A DNA stretch of 64,000 nucleotides from Elsinoe ampelina (lineage: Eukaryota), in contig ML992506.1 of the NCBI GenBank assembly GCA_010093995.1, positions 1,167,109-1,231,108 on the forward strand, read 5' to 3'. Below the pieces are notes generated by a model, which saw only the letters and a list, made by a program, of their open reading frames with translations, was not told the DNA's origin and made no database searches. Positions 10,346 through 22,351 of the stretch are shown here, in pieces (position 1 is the stretch's first letter; every line of letters starts with the position of its first letter). Both the position numbers and the translations under genes were made by a program.

Positions 10346-13300
10346 AGTCACACGGGATGTATACGAGGTGCTCCACCATTAGTGCCAGTCTGATTCGGCA
10401 AATACTCGGACGACAACCCGCAGGCCAAAAGCACGATCCCTCAATAGACGTAGATCAATCATCTACGTACTGTACACGGACACTCGGACATGGTGCTGGC
10501 CACCAACAGATGCGTCCCCATCGCCACGCACTTTTACAGAATATTCGAAACGATAACGTGAACACGAAACGAAATACCCTTTTGGCGAGTCTCTTAGCAC
10601 CAAGACTGGACTTCTCATCACTATGGAATTAGCCCGGCGTTTATCCATCTCCTTATGCACGACCCTGCGACTGCTCGGCTCTCTCGGAAGCTTTTCAATT
10701 AATTTACTATGGGCTTGGGTGGGACAGCAAGGCGTCAATCTCCAGCTTTTATGACAGAATGGTATACCCCATCGGATGCTTATGGACGGTACGGCCCACG
10801 GGAGAACGGCGAGGGAGGAACGAGTGGAAGCCTCGATAATCTAGTACACGATCGAATGAACGTACACACAGTAATGAATTGCATCATATCTCTACACGAA
10901 CGACTGTTCATCAGGCAAGTCAAAGATTGAGTGTGTGTGAGGTTGATTGCGGCTCTCTAGCATTGCAAGCTTGCCCCTGTCAGCATTGACAGATCGACAC
11001 GGGCGTGCATGAGTCGATGTTGATTGCCTGGAGGCTGGTTGGACATGGCAGCTTCCACGCCGGTGGGTCTGCGGCTCGGGGCGGCAAAGGAACTCATTGA
11101 GGCAGGTGGTCAATCTTGCAATCAGTGGTGATGGCGTGTGGGATCAGTGAAGTCGACCTGACGATCCATCGGGGGATGCTATCATGATGCAGGACGACGA
11201 TCCAGGGGACACGGCTTGACGTCTGTTGACTATGTGTGTGGGTGTGGGGAACAAGAGCGATATTGGCCAGATTCAGTCTGCGGTTGTCGTCCAATCACAA
11301 TCACGACTCATGTTCCATCACATCATTCTTTCTGCGCAACAACAGACCACACGAACCAAACGCATCGAGGAGCAAACTAATGCAGGTCAAAAACGTACCG
11401 GTCTCTTGTCAAAGCCAGACAGGCTCGAGCCTTGATACTAAAGAGGCAGGTGGTTGGGACAGGGCGTCGACTTCACTGCATAGACCAATCCTGACCACAT
11501 CCCTATAGCTAACGACCCCATCAGCGGATTGGACCTCGTCCGTGGCTGCTGATGACGACAGCATCCATGACAACGACTCTTTGCCTCGTCGAGCAGGAGC
11601 TGGCTCCGACAGCCTCTCCCCACGCCAACGACCATGGACGCCTGCTCCAGCTTCCCCCACAGTGAGATACGGGCAAAGTCAATGTGGCACAGACGTGGTG
11701 GACTCGGCGGTCGAGATCATGCCATCTCGACATGATCGGGTGACCTACGAATGTCGATACACAATGGTCTCTCACGAAACTGATGTGGTGACAGTGAACC
11801 ACTATTTGTGTCTTTACACGTTTCGACAGTACAGATCGGCCAGCACACACTCATTGAATGAACATGACGTTCTATACAATGATCCGGTGTCCGGGACTGT
11901 ATAGATCAAGTCCTATTCCGGTACTAGCAGCAAAGCCGAGTTGGTGGGCCCTACTGTCTTTCATGATGACCTATCCCTCGGTCTTTTCCAAAGTTCTTGC
12001 TCTTCACATGTCAATCACTCAATTACTTGTTAAAAGTACAGAGTCATGTCACCAATTAGCCACAAATCTTCAGGACATGGGACTGTGAGTCTACTACCAC
12101 AAACCCAAGCTAAGACCTCGACATTCAATAGCGCCCGCTGGCACACGGATCTCCTTGGCTTCGACAAGGCGGTCGGGCAATCTATCTCTGAGCTTCTTTC
12201 ACGCAAGCCACTCTTCCTTACCGTTCTTTGACTCTTCTACGTTTCAGCCGTTAGCTCGATCATGTCAACTTTCCTCCGACAGCTGCATGAGAAATGCAAG
12301 TACAAGCGGCGTGGGTACGTTTCAACTAATGCTACCAATGGGCCGTCACCGTCGTGAATCAAGCATTTCGTGCATCGCACTTGCAATCAACCATGACGGG
12401 CACTCCGAATGCTGGCACCCCTTCTCCGCACCACCCGACCACTTACCACGCCAGATTTCCGGACCTTTGGCGCGCACGGGTGTACAGACGCATGTAGTTT
12501 GCTTCAGAGCGGTTCCCATGGGACCCACCCTAGCTGGACAAGACTTGTAGGGTGTAGGGATAGGCTGTTGCACCGTTGTTGGTCATGACAAGCTCATGCA
12601 CGTCCAATCAAGGACGACAGATTCCCGCCCACTTGAGGTGAAGTACCTTGCATCCCCGAGAACGAAGTTCGTCACACAAAGGCAGACCAAGATCGCGCGG
12701 GACATGGGACACGATCATAATCGACAGGGGCACAGAGCGTTGCAGGGTTTGGCGCCCGGGTTCCTTGCAATGTGGGGCGTTGTTCTCGAAATTCCGAAGG
12801 CTTCAAAGGAGTGTCCTTGTCTCTCCACACCGGCGCGCCACAAAAGCTACACCTTGCATGCCCGGAGCTAAAATGCTAGTCTTGTGATCTGTCGCAGGCT
12901 TTGGGAAAGAATAAAAGTGACCGACATCCACCAATCACATTTCACTCGCATTGGTATCTTGGCGCGTACTCTTTCCCCTTCCCAGCGACATCTCAGGCCA
13001 ACGGGCCTCTCTCCACAGCTGCGGTGATGTCAATCACAGCCCTCAGACACTTTGACCATGTCAGTACCGCTATCATGGTACAGTAGCACTATCGTCCATG
13101 TCATGCACGAATCCGAGCCAACTGCGAGTCCGAGGGACCGTATTGCATACGGCCAAGCTGTTCACTCATCATACACTATGGTACAAGGAACAACATGATT
13201 CTTCCTGTACCGTTCCGCAGAGGCACGCGTTCCACGGCCGGGGGAACTGAACGTCAGTCCCGCTGCCAACCGTGCCCTTCTCTCTCACTCTGCAACAACC

Positions 13301-14713
13301 TTGTATTAGCCAAGCATGGTTGCTGATCGGCATCATGCCATGTGCATGAGCGGATCATGCCGCTGACAGACATCCTTTTGGCGGGGCCTTTTTTCTTGCT
13401 TGGTTGTCCTTTCGGGGGCTTGCACATCTCATCATGTCGTCAAACGCGCCCCCTTCCTCTGGGTCCTCGACGATCCGCCGGTGGAAATTGGATTCACGGC
13501 GGCCCATGATTCGGAACCGGACCCAGCAGCGTAGACAAACTACACGGATGGGCGCGGCAGCATGCGAATTCCTGTTCGACCAGCCTATCCAAAAGAGTGG
13601 CTCCACGAGTCGGACTGATGATCCCCTCACGTGTGGCCCGGGACTACTGTACCCAAAGCCACAGATCATCCTGCCAGATCGGCCCTCACCGTTCAACGAT
13701 ACACAAACGTCTTTCCCAAAGCCCACCAGCTGCCACAAACGTCGGGGCTAAGTCCATGCTGATACAGAACTGCCTGCCTGCCACAATCGAGCCCGGTTGA
13801 TCTGACGGAATGTGCCGCCGCATCCTCGAGGTGCCGTGTACGGACAATAAGTTACCTTGTGCAACGTGCGACCTGATTCTGTCGTTATATCGGACTGCGG
13901 AGCTGCTTTTCCCCTTTCCCATCAGACTTCCAGGAAGGCGTCACCGTCATCCTTGGGGAGTCCAAACTGCCCTGACCTCGAAGCTTGAGAAGTACGCACA
14001 AGAACCACACGAACCACGTCTTCGTACAGGGAACCACAAATCAACACCCCGTCCGAGATTGCTCTCCGTTTTCTGCCATCTCCACTGATCAACTTCTAGC
14101 GCCCGTGCCAGCCGCACGAGGTCCTTCCTTGACACCTTTTCTGTCCCACCTGCTACGAAACCCCCAAGCCCGGCGCTTGCCTTTCTGGCCACACCTATCA
14201 GACGGTATCAACCTTTACCTCCGGGAAGGGACACAACAGCCTCGCCCTACCTTACTGAATTTCGATTCGACCACCCGAGCCACAAATATCCCACGTTGAC
14301 TCGTAGCGTGTGTTGAACACCAGGCGCCATATCGCTCTACTGCTTCACCGTCTGTCGATCACAGGAACCTAAGTTGCAAGGGTGGAGCCTCCTGGGGTCT
14401 TCCACGGGTAAGCTCTGCGCTTATTCAAGCCCAGGCAATCCCGTACATCACTGTACCAGCTTTTGTTTCCTGGGTACCTTTCTCTGATTCTCGAACGCCA
14501 GGCCATCAGACCTGGTCGACGACCACCTCACTCTCCGACATTTTGATCACAAATCCACCCTTCAACATCTGGCCTTTCATGGACTTGTTGTCGCTCCGTC
14601 GAAAGTCTGTGTAATTGATATATCCTCGCAGCCCGACAGGAATATTCCCCCGCCGGAGTGGTTAGGGTTCTAGCCAGGGCTGTTTTTTGTTCGACGACCC
14701 CTCTTCCACACTC

Positions 14714-17300
14714 ATGACCAGCGCTTTTGCTCTCAATTCTTTTGGCATGGACGGGCATTATGGTTACATGCCTCCGCCGCCAGGCGCTTATTACGCGGAA
14801 GATGAATCGCCCATGATCTCGCCGGATATTTATGGTCCTCAGCTTCATCAATTGAATACCTTGTCGACGGAGAGCTTACATCAGTACGGCGACTTTGACG
14901 ATTCGAGCTTGAATTTGGTGTCACCTGTCGACGGACCGTCAAAGGGAAAGCGTCGACAGCATGGCATTGATCATGTCAAGCACAAGAGGACTCGTAGTGG
15001 TTGCTATACTTGTCGGCAACGACGAGTGAAGGTAGGACTTTCCACCTCCCGCTAGCTTCAATCAGGCCACTGACCACGCCCAGTGTGACGAGACACATCC
15101 TACCTGCGAGAGTAAGTGACGCCTGACACCATCTGCAGTGGAGGAAGGGAGAACTGATTGAAGCTATAGGATGTCGAAAGGGCAAGAGGGAATGTGTCTA
15201 CCCTGACCCAAGCTCTCTGAAACCCACCCGGGACCCTTCGAAGATCCGGTCAGTACCAGCCGACAGCGGATCGAATACTTCAGGGGACGAGGGTGATGGA
15301 AGTGAATCTCAGAGACTACCGCCGATCCCTGACGAGAAGGACGAATCTGGAACTGGTATGGCCAGCTCTGAACCATCCTCAGCCATCAGTGGACCGACCG
15401 ACGGAATGCAATTCCCTGCTCATGACTCCATGTCACCATCGAGTAAGGAGAAGTCGCCGACCTCACCGTCAGACATCATGGCCAAACCTGGAGCCAAACG
15501 ACCACAACCAAATCGACAAGCGTCCAAGCAGCAATTACGACTAGCTCAATTCGCGGGACCAAAATGGGCAAAGCTACCCAAGGACATTCGCTTCTATATC
15601 AAGTACCACCGGGATAACATCACTTGTGACCATTACGCCCTCAAATACGACGGCACCGACTTTCTCAAGACTACCTTTCTTGAGATTGCCCTTTCTTACG
15701 AGCCTTTGCTCTACGCTATCACTGCCTTTTCTGCATACTTCCACACCCTCACATTACCCAACGGCAAGCTGAGCATGTTTCTACGGTATTACGACAGATC
15801 AGTGCAGACTCTCCGAGAATCTCTGGCCAAGTCACCGCGACATTCGCCGGCAACACTCTTGACTATTCTTCAATTGGCAACGTTCGAGGTCAGTATTCAC
15901 ATGCTGCTTGTCGATCACTACTGATTTCTGCAGGAATACCTCGGCGACTGGGTCAACGTCATGTCACATCAAAGAGCAGCGCATGAGATCTTGACACAGC
16001 TCTTCACGCCCGAGAACATTATGCAGAACGAGACACGACGCAAGATCATCTCATGGTATCTGCGGTTCGACATTGTCACCGGACTCATCAGCAATAACGA
16101 GACCGTTCTAGGTAGGGAGTGGCATCACGCCGTAACCGAGTACTACATTCGACAAGAAGCAGACCGACCTGCAGACCTAGGATGCATCTTCGAGGCCTCC
16201 ATCGCCAAGAGCAGATTACTGGCGACCGACATCGCCCTCCTCTTCGGCCGCAAAGGCAAAGGCGCCATCACCGACGAAGAATTCATGAGCGGCCTCGAAG
16301 AGCTCAAGCAACGAGTCAACAAGCGCGAAGAAGAGATCACCACAGCCTTTGCCGACACGCGGACCTACGCGACCGACTTCCCTCGCGCTCCTCCTGCCTG
16401 CGAAAGGAAGGACGCCATCGTCGACTCCACCGCCCCCGACTTTCTCCTCTCAGGCGACCTCTCCATCTGGAACGTCATCCAAGTCGATTGGTGGGCCATT
16501 AAGCTCGTTTTTCTGGGTCAACTCTACCAGCTCGACAAGAGTATCAACCCCCTCACCATGGTCGAGATCAGTTACAATATCTGTCGCATGTTCGAGGCCA
16601 TGGAGTACGGCGCGCCAGGTTCTCAGAGCGCAATCTTAGGCGCCCATGCCTCGCTCGGCATAGCAGCGACGACATTGCCGAAGGATTCGCGACATGCCTC
16701 GTGGTGTAGGCGGAAATTCGCCGTGATTGAGCGATGCGGGTATGTGCCTCTCCCCTAACTCCTTGCCCCCATGTCTGCACGTACTGACTGTCCCAAAGCT
16801 ACGTCTACCCCCCCTCGTTCCGCGCCCGCATGTCCGACCTCTGGTCCGCCGACGTCACCGAATGGTGGCTCCCAGACAACGAACTCCTCCTCCCCATCCT
16901 GCGCTCGATCCGCGAATTCGTCGACTACCGCACCACGAACCCCCGGACCTCCCTCTCCACCTCTCTCCGCGAAATGAGCGCGATCTTCGAGGCGATGAAA
17001 GTGGAAGAGTCGGGTATGGGGTCGCACACTGGCCGAAGCACAGGGTTAGGCGCGGGGACAAGATCGCAGGCTGGGAGTACAGGGCAGAAAAGTCCAGGTG
17101 TAGGGGGTGGGGAGGGCTACGGGTATGGTAATTTTGGGACATTGGAGGATGGCAGGGAGGGAGGGGATGGGATGGATTTGATAGAGGAGGGGAGTTGGGG
17201 GGTCGGGAGCAGTCCTGATTTGGACTGGGGGCTCGTGGCGAGCGGGGAGGTGGGGCAGGGGGAGTGGGGGAGTATGGGGAGTCCTGAGAAGGGGATTTGA
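14714..17300 (+). CDS. Zn(II)2Cys6 transcription factor with a fungal-specific TF domain; four introns (~15032-15083, ~15112-15169, ~15889-15932, ~16740-16798)
   Basis: The spliced cluster reads RTRSGCYTCRQRRVK|CDETHPTCER|CRKGKRECVYP. Downstream exons carry YEPLLYAITAFSAY, LLTILQLATFE|EYLGDWVNVMSHQRAA. The start codon is inferred. Confidence 0.87.
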
Positions 17301-18473
17301 GAGGGGAACGAAAGGGGTTGGTGGATCGGAGAGGAGGGAAGGGAGGAGAAGAGAAAGGAGGAACGGGGGGAGAGCTGGGTGTCCCTACAACGGGCTTCGA
17401 CGGGAAGCAGGGTGCAAGAGCCGGGATGTCGCAAGGCACACATGTCGACGAGAAGACAACCAACCCTGGACACCAACGATTATGGACGGTGCTACCATGA
17501 CAAGAGCTCCGTAGGAACCACGATCTAAAACGGGACACGAGCCGGGGAACGAACCCACACACTCCCAGCACCAGCCTGATCCCCCCTCTCACACCTGCCA
17601 AGCTCAATATCGAGATATCACAGCCCGCTCCCTCGGACGACCCAGCAAGTACCCAACCATTGATCCAAGCTCCAACCCCCCTCACTCCTCCCGGATCCAC
17701 GAAAAACCCACCAGGACCTACTGTATTTGTACCACCAACAAGCAACACGTAACGCTCGCTACCATCTCCCGGCCACGTTGAGCCATTTTCGCTACTGTAC
17801 ACTACGCCACGCCTTTTCCTTCCACTTGTTCTTCATCTGCAGCGTCTTCATCTTCATCTTTCTATCGACGTTTGTCTCCAAACGACCATTTGTTTCGTTC
17901 AGCGCTTTGTAGGTGGTGTACGATAGCTTTCACGGCAGGGGGGGGCAAAAGAAGGGACGCACAGCTGAGGGGGGATGGGTAGAAGGGAAATGGGGAGAGG
18001 CGAAAGGGAAGGAGAAAAAGGAGAGGGGGGAAAGGGGGGAAGGGGATACCCTGAGGAATTCAGAGGGGTCCAAGGGAGGATAGAGGCAGAATTGATATGT
18101 TGCGACGATTCACCCGGATACAGACAAGTGGTTGCTACGTGTCGTGTGTTGGTGACTCTGGTATATGAGTGGTGCTTTCTCCGGTGATAGCACAATGTTG
18201 CTTTGCGCAAGGCCGGAACCAATCCAAGGTTGAGGGGATTAGCAGTGCCATGTGTAGGGGAGGAGACACAGAGCACACAGTGCGTCCATTCGACTATCTA
18301 TTACCCTCGCTTTCCTTCCCGGCGCCAATCATGACTCACTCCAGTCACTGGGGGAAAAGAGAACAGCGCTCGTCCAGCTGCGCCATTGCTTCATTCCATT
18401 CCGTGTCCATCCTGATCTTTCCGGCAGAATCACTGCACCTCATATCACTCCCACCTCTTCTTCCTTTCCCCGA

Positions 18474-19614
18474 CTAAGCCCCATCCCTCGACTTCCTATA
18501 CGCGTCCTACCACTCATCAGCCCTTTTCTCTCCACAGCTCAATAACTCGCATGCCTACTCACCTCCTGCTCATTCTGTGCCTTCTCGACCTCATCCTCGA
18601 CCTCGGCCAACACCTTGGCCGCATTCTCGTGAAACTCCCTCTGAGCCCGGACCAGCTCGACCAGATTCCTCAACGGCTCCGGCGTGTCCAGACAGTTCTT
18701 CATGATGCCGCTCGCCTCCTCGACTTTGGCCACGAATTCATCCTCGGCCTTTTCGATCTCGGTCCGCGTCTTCTCGTCGTAGCTGCTTTCGCTACCGAAT
18801 CGCGTGCGGGCTCGGCTCTTCACGGCGTCAAGGTTGAGGCGGGCGTCGCCGACGGCTCTGCGGGCTTTGGCGGCGTAGCCGATGGAGGTGTTGAGTGTTG
18901 TTTGCCAGGGGGAGAGGAAGCGGGATGCAATCTGTGTGTCTTGGTAGAGGCGGGCTTCGCCGACCTTCTCCTGCGCGACGGCGTACTTCTCCAGTGCTGT
19001 GGAGAGGGCATCGCCGCCTGCGCCGCCTGATGTACCTGTCGCGGAGCCGGCGCTCTCGACGCCGAGGTCTGCTTCGACAACGGCGCGGGAGCCGCCTAGG
19101 GATGCGCGGGCGATGGCGTGGTTGAAGGTTTTGGGAGCGGGTTTGGAGGAGGGAGGCGCGGTGAAGGCTGCTTGAGCTTCGGCTGCTGATGAGGCGGAGG
19201 AGAGGAGCTTGACTTTGTCGCCGACGGTGCGGGAGAGATCGGTGAAGGATTCTCGGATGTTGGGAGGGTAATCGTAGGACTCGTTGGAGTATTGGGAGGT
19301 TGCGGCGAGGAGCTTGGTGTGGACTGCCTTGAGGGCATCTACTCGACGTTCGAGAGCGAGGTAGTCGGGGGGTAGCTCGGTCTGCAAAAGGGATCAGAGA
19401 TAAGCAGGAATTTGATGCTGGCGGACTCTGGGATCAAGCTGTACCTTCTCATCAGCCTGTCCTAGCTGCTCCTTGACATACTGCTGAGTGCGCTGTGCAA
19501 AGGGAGTGATGGATGCCCTACAGTAATTCCTACGTTAGCAGATGGTGGGCTGAGGGAGGGGTCAGACAGTTGGACGCACCCTAGATTCTTGCCGAAGCTC
19601 GTGAAATTGTTCAT
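18474..19614 (-). CDS. GVP36: BAR-domain protein (Gvp36-like), four exons
   Basis: Spliced translation: MNNFTSFGKNL|..ASITPFAQRTQQYVKEQLGQADEK|TELPPDYLALERRVDALKAVH...YDYPPNIRESF...PKTFNHAIARA...EQE|DAYRKSRDGA*. Confidence 0.82.
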
Positions 19615-19884
19615 GATGGGCGTAAGATCGGGATGGAAGGCTCAAAGCTGCAGCAATTGAGTCGCAATGATGTGGTGACGAGGTATGCAAGTGCTGAAGA
19701 GAGATGCGCAAGAGAAATGGAAACATGGACGTGCCAAGACAAATGCTGCGGCTGGATGCCTTCATCTCAAGTGTTTCATTTACTGTACGATTCCTTCTTC
19801 TTACAAATGCGTGTAGAATGATATGATAATTTGTTTGTAGTGTGTAATTTGAGGCTCTGCCTCGTCCATTCGTTCACTTTCAAC

Positions 19885-21477
19885 ATGACGTTCTTGGGCG
19901 ACGACGAGATAGTCATTCTTCTCATAATCGAAGTTACCCTCTATGTCGCCATATGGCAAGCCTATCTCGTAAGACAGAGCAAGTCTCGTCGTGCATTTCG
20001 CCTCTTCACACTCTTCTACATCACCGTTCTACTCCATCTTGGCCAACGTCGAACCATCTTCGACAATAGCGAGGGCATCGACGTGATCTTCCATCCCTGG
20101 CTGGTCCCTTCGACTCCACCGCCGTATGACCCTGCTCCGCTTGACGGCGACGAACACTACTGGCCCGAGCGTGCAATTTCCCCTCCACCTGATGTATCGC
20201 CTGTACCACTCAACGTCACAAACGCTATCCAACTCCACAACCAAATCGTCGACCACGCCCTATACAACCTGCCCCATGCCGCTCAGCACATCTCCACCAA
20301 CTACTTTAGTTTACATAATGCCAGCTCCATCCTACCACGTCTCACTCCCACGACCATCGAGTTCCTCTCTGGCATCCATGTCTGGCAAGCCGATAAATTC
20401 TCCTTGACGCCGACATTCCGTTCCCCACCCTGGCCAGGCGATCTGTCCCCAGATCCAGAAGGGGATGACTGGATGTGGTACGATTCCTTCCCATTCGGCG
20501 TATTGCTGTACGCCTCGGGTGAAATGTCCAGCGATGATCGAGGACTGGTGCTAGATCAGCGAACGAACATGGTGAGATTCTTCGTTAGTACTGACCCTAG
20601 TTGGGAAGTGAAATCCTGGATCCCGCTCGAGTACGCGCTCGAGTTGATGTTGCGAGAGGTGCAGGAAGGGAGAGTGGCGATCGGAGGGGAGGCGATCGAG
20701 AAAGCAGGGTTTCAGGGGTCTGTGGAGAGGGCGAAGGATTTGTGGTTCGAGCAGGTGTGGGAGAGAAAGGAGTGGATCCAGAAGGACGTGGATAGGGCGG
20801 TAGGAATGTGGGAAGCGTACCTCGCCATCGTCGGTATGAAGATGGGCGAAGTGGTTGCTGGGGCGCAAAATATGATTGGTCGAGATGTGGTCGAGAGGCT
20901 TGAGTTGGGAAGTTGGGCTCGAACTCTCTTGCCGCGATTGAGACGGCCAAAGTTCGAGTTTGTCGCGCCAGACCTGAAATTGGTCGACGAAGAGATGCTA
21001 GTGAAGACGTCAGAACATGATCGCAGGAGGCGGAGAATCAAGGAGCACCACTGGGAAGATGAGAAAGACCCAGTCACTCTGCTGTTCTACATCGATGTCC
21101 GATTCAGCAACCTCAGCTGGGGCGCATGGGATCGACAATGGGTGGCGCCGTATTTCGCGAAGCACAGGGTCCTCGACGATAGGTGTGGTCTCTACTTGGG
21201 TAATGCGCATGAGGATAGAATGTCGTTTATTCTCCCCGGTCCTGATCGGGATAGCGAAGAAGTCGTCGTACGGTTCAGTGATCCACATGGGCGTTCCAGA
21301 GGGCAATTTCTTAACGCGACCGAGGAGTTGATATATGATGCCGTTCATGCGTACAGTCCTCTTCGCTTTCGGCATTTGGTGGCTCAGTGGGCGGATATGG
21401 TCCTTTCCGGTAGATGGTCGGTGGAGTCTGATGGCGTGCATGATGATTTGCAGGATGTCCGGAAGTCATCCTTATGA
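19885..21477 (+). CDS. Uncharacterised fungal protein with two N-terminal hydrophobic segments
   Basis: A ~530-codon open frame from ATG 19885 with protein-like composition; no family recognised with certainty. Confidence 0.7.
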   Translation: MTFLGDDEIVILLIIEVTLYVAIWQAYLVRQSKSRRAFRLFTLFYITVLLHLGQRRTIFDNSEGIDVIFHPWLVPSTPPPYDPAPLDGDEHYWPERAISPPPDVSPVPLNVTNAIQLHNQIVDHALYNLPHAAQHISTNYFSLHNASSILPRLTPTTIEFLSGIHVWQADKFSLTPTFRSPPWPGDLSPDPEGDDWMWYDSFPFGVLLYASGEMSSDDRGLVLDQRTNMVRFFVSTDPSWEVKSWIPLEYALELMLREVQEGRVAIGGEAIEKAGFQGSVERAKDLWFEQVWERKEWIQKDVDRAVGMWEAYLAIVGMKMGEVVAGAQNMIGRDVVERLELGSWARTLLPRLRRPKFEFVAPDLKLVDEEMLVKTSEHDRRRRRIKEHHWEDEKDPVTLLFYIDVRFSNLSWGAWDRQWVAPYFAKHRVLDDRCGLYLGNAHEDRMSFILPGPDRDSEEVVVRFSDPHGRSRGQFLNATEELIYDAVHAYSPLRFRHLVAQWADMVLSGRWSVESDGVHDDLQDVRKSSL

Positions 21478-21724
21478 GGGCAATGATTCTAGCTGGCCTC
21501 TCAAAGGTCAATAATAAAAAGCGCAACTCAATGTCATTGAAGTATGAGAGCAAGGCACGGTCACTGGGGAACGAAGAAGACAGGTGCGCAGAGGAAAATG
21601 CCATTTAGTCCATCGTCATGTGCATCGTGGGCACCATTACCGTACCCGGAGCCTCTTACACAGCTCTGGAGGTATGCTATGAAGCTTGTCTTGGTCTGTC
21701 GTTGCGCGTGTCGTCGTCGCGTGT

Positions 21725-22351
21725 TTATGCCTTCTTATCGTTGATCCCTTTGAGCTCGACATCACTAGACTCGTCAGCATGGACTCTGCATGAGACACGT
21801 AATAATTGAAGATTTACAAGATGAGATTGGCATTGGCAGGAATGTGACCGGGGAATCCGCTGTCGGTTTTGTCAGTTATGTACAATGAGAGGGTCTACTG
21901 TCTTGGGCCTCGTACCGGTCGCCATAGCCGTAGTCACTGTTGGCAGTTAGTGACGCATTGCTTGTGGAATAAGCGTGATGCTGACCTCGAAATGATAAGG
22001 GTGGCCTTTTCGCCCAGTGTCATGCCACCGTCGACAGTGAGAATGCCCTCATCCCAGCCTGAGAGGCACCTGAGTAAGCGGTCGATCAATCGAGGGCTGA
22101 GGATACACACCCTTGATGACCTTTCCCACGCCAATCTTTGTTACAAAGTCTCCACGGCCGACGGACGAGTCGAATCTTGATAGATTAGCTATGTTGGTGA
22201 AGCTCAAATGAAGAAAGATGTACTTCCTGCCCCTGTTGTCCTTGGCACCCTCGTCGGAAAGGAATCCGGTATACTCCATGGTCACTGTATCGCCGACTTG
22301 AGGCTTGTCGACGCCGTTGCCTGGCTTAATGGTCTTTTTGGTGACACCCAT
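21725..22351 (-). CDS. FPR1: FK506-binding protein FKBP12 peptidyl-prolyl isomerase, multi-intron
   Basis: Exons read MGVTKKTIKPGNGVDKPQVGDTVTMEYTG, FDSSVGRGDFVTKIGVGKVIKG, WDEGIL...MTLGEKATLII, DYGYGDR, GFPGHIPANANLIF and DVELKGINDKKA*. Confidence 0.93.

Noticed and set aside
11386..11904. Possible small spliced gene (CTGAC...TAG acceptor at 11508; 120-aa GTG-start ORF)
   Set aside because: The donor (GTGGTT) is weak, there is no convincing start exon, and no recognisable product results.
13404..14299. Several 80-130-aa ORFs upstream of the TF
   Set aside because: They have no protein-like motifs and overlap on both strands, which fits promoter or UTR sequence.
16855..17802. 315-aa minus-strand ORF
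   Set aside because: It is low-complexity, overlaps the TF 3' end antisense, and is explained by stop-poor skewed composition.
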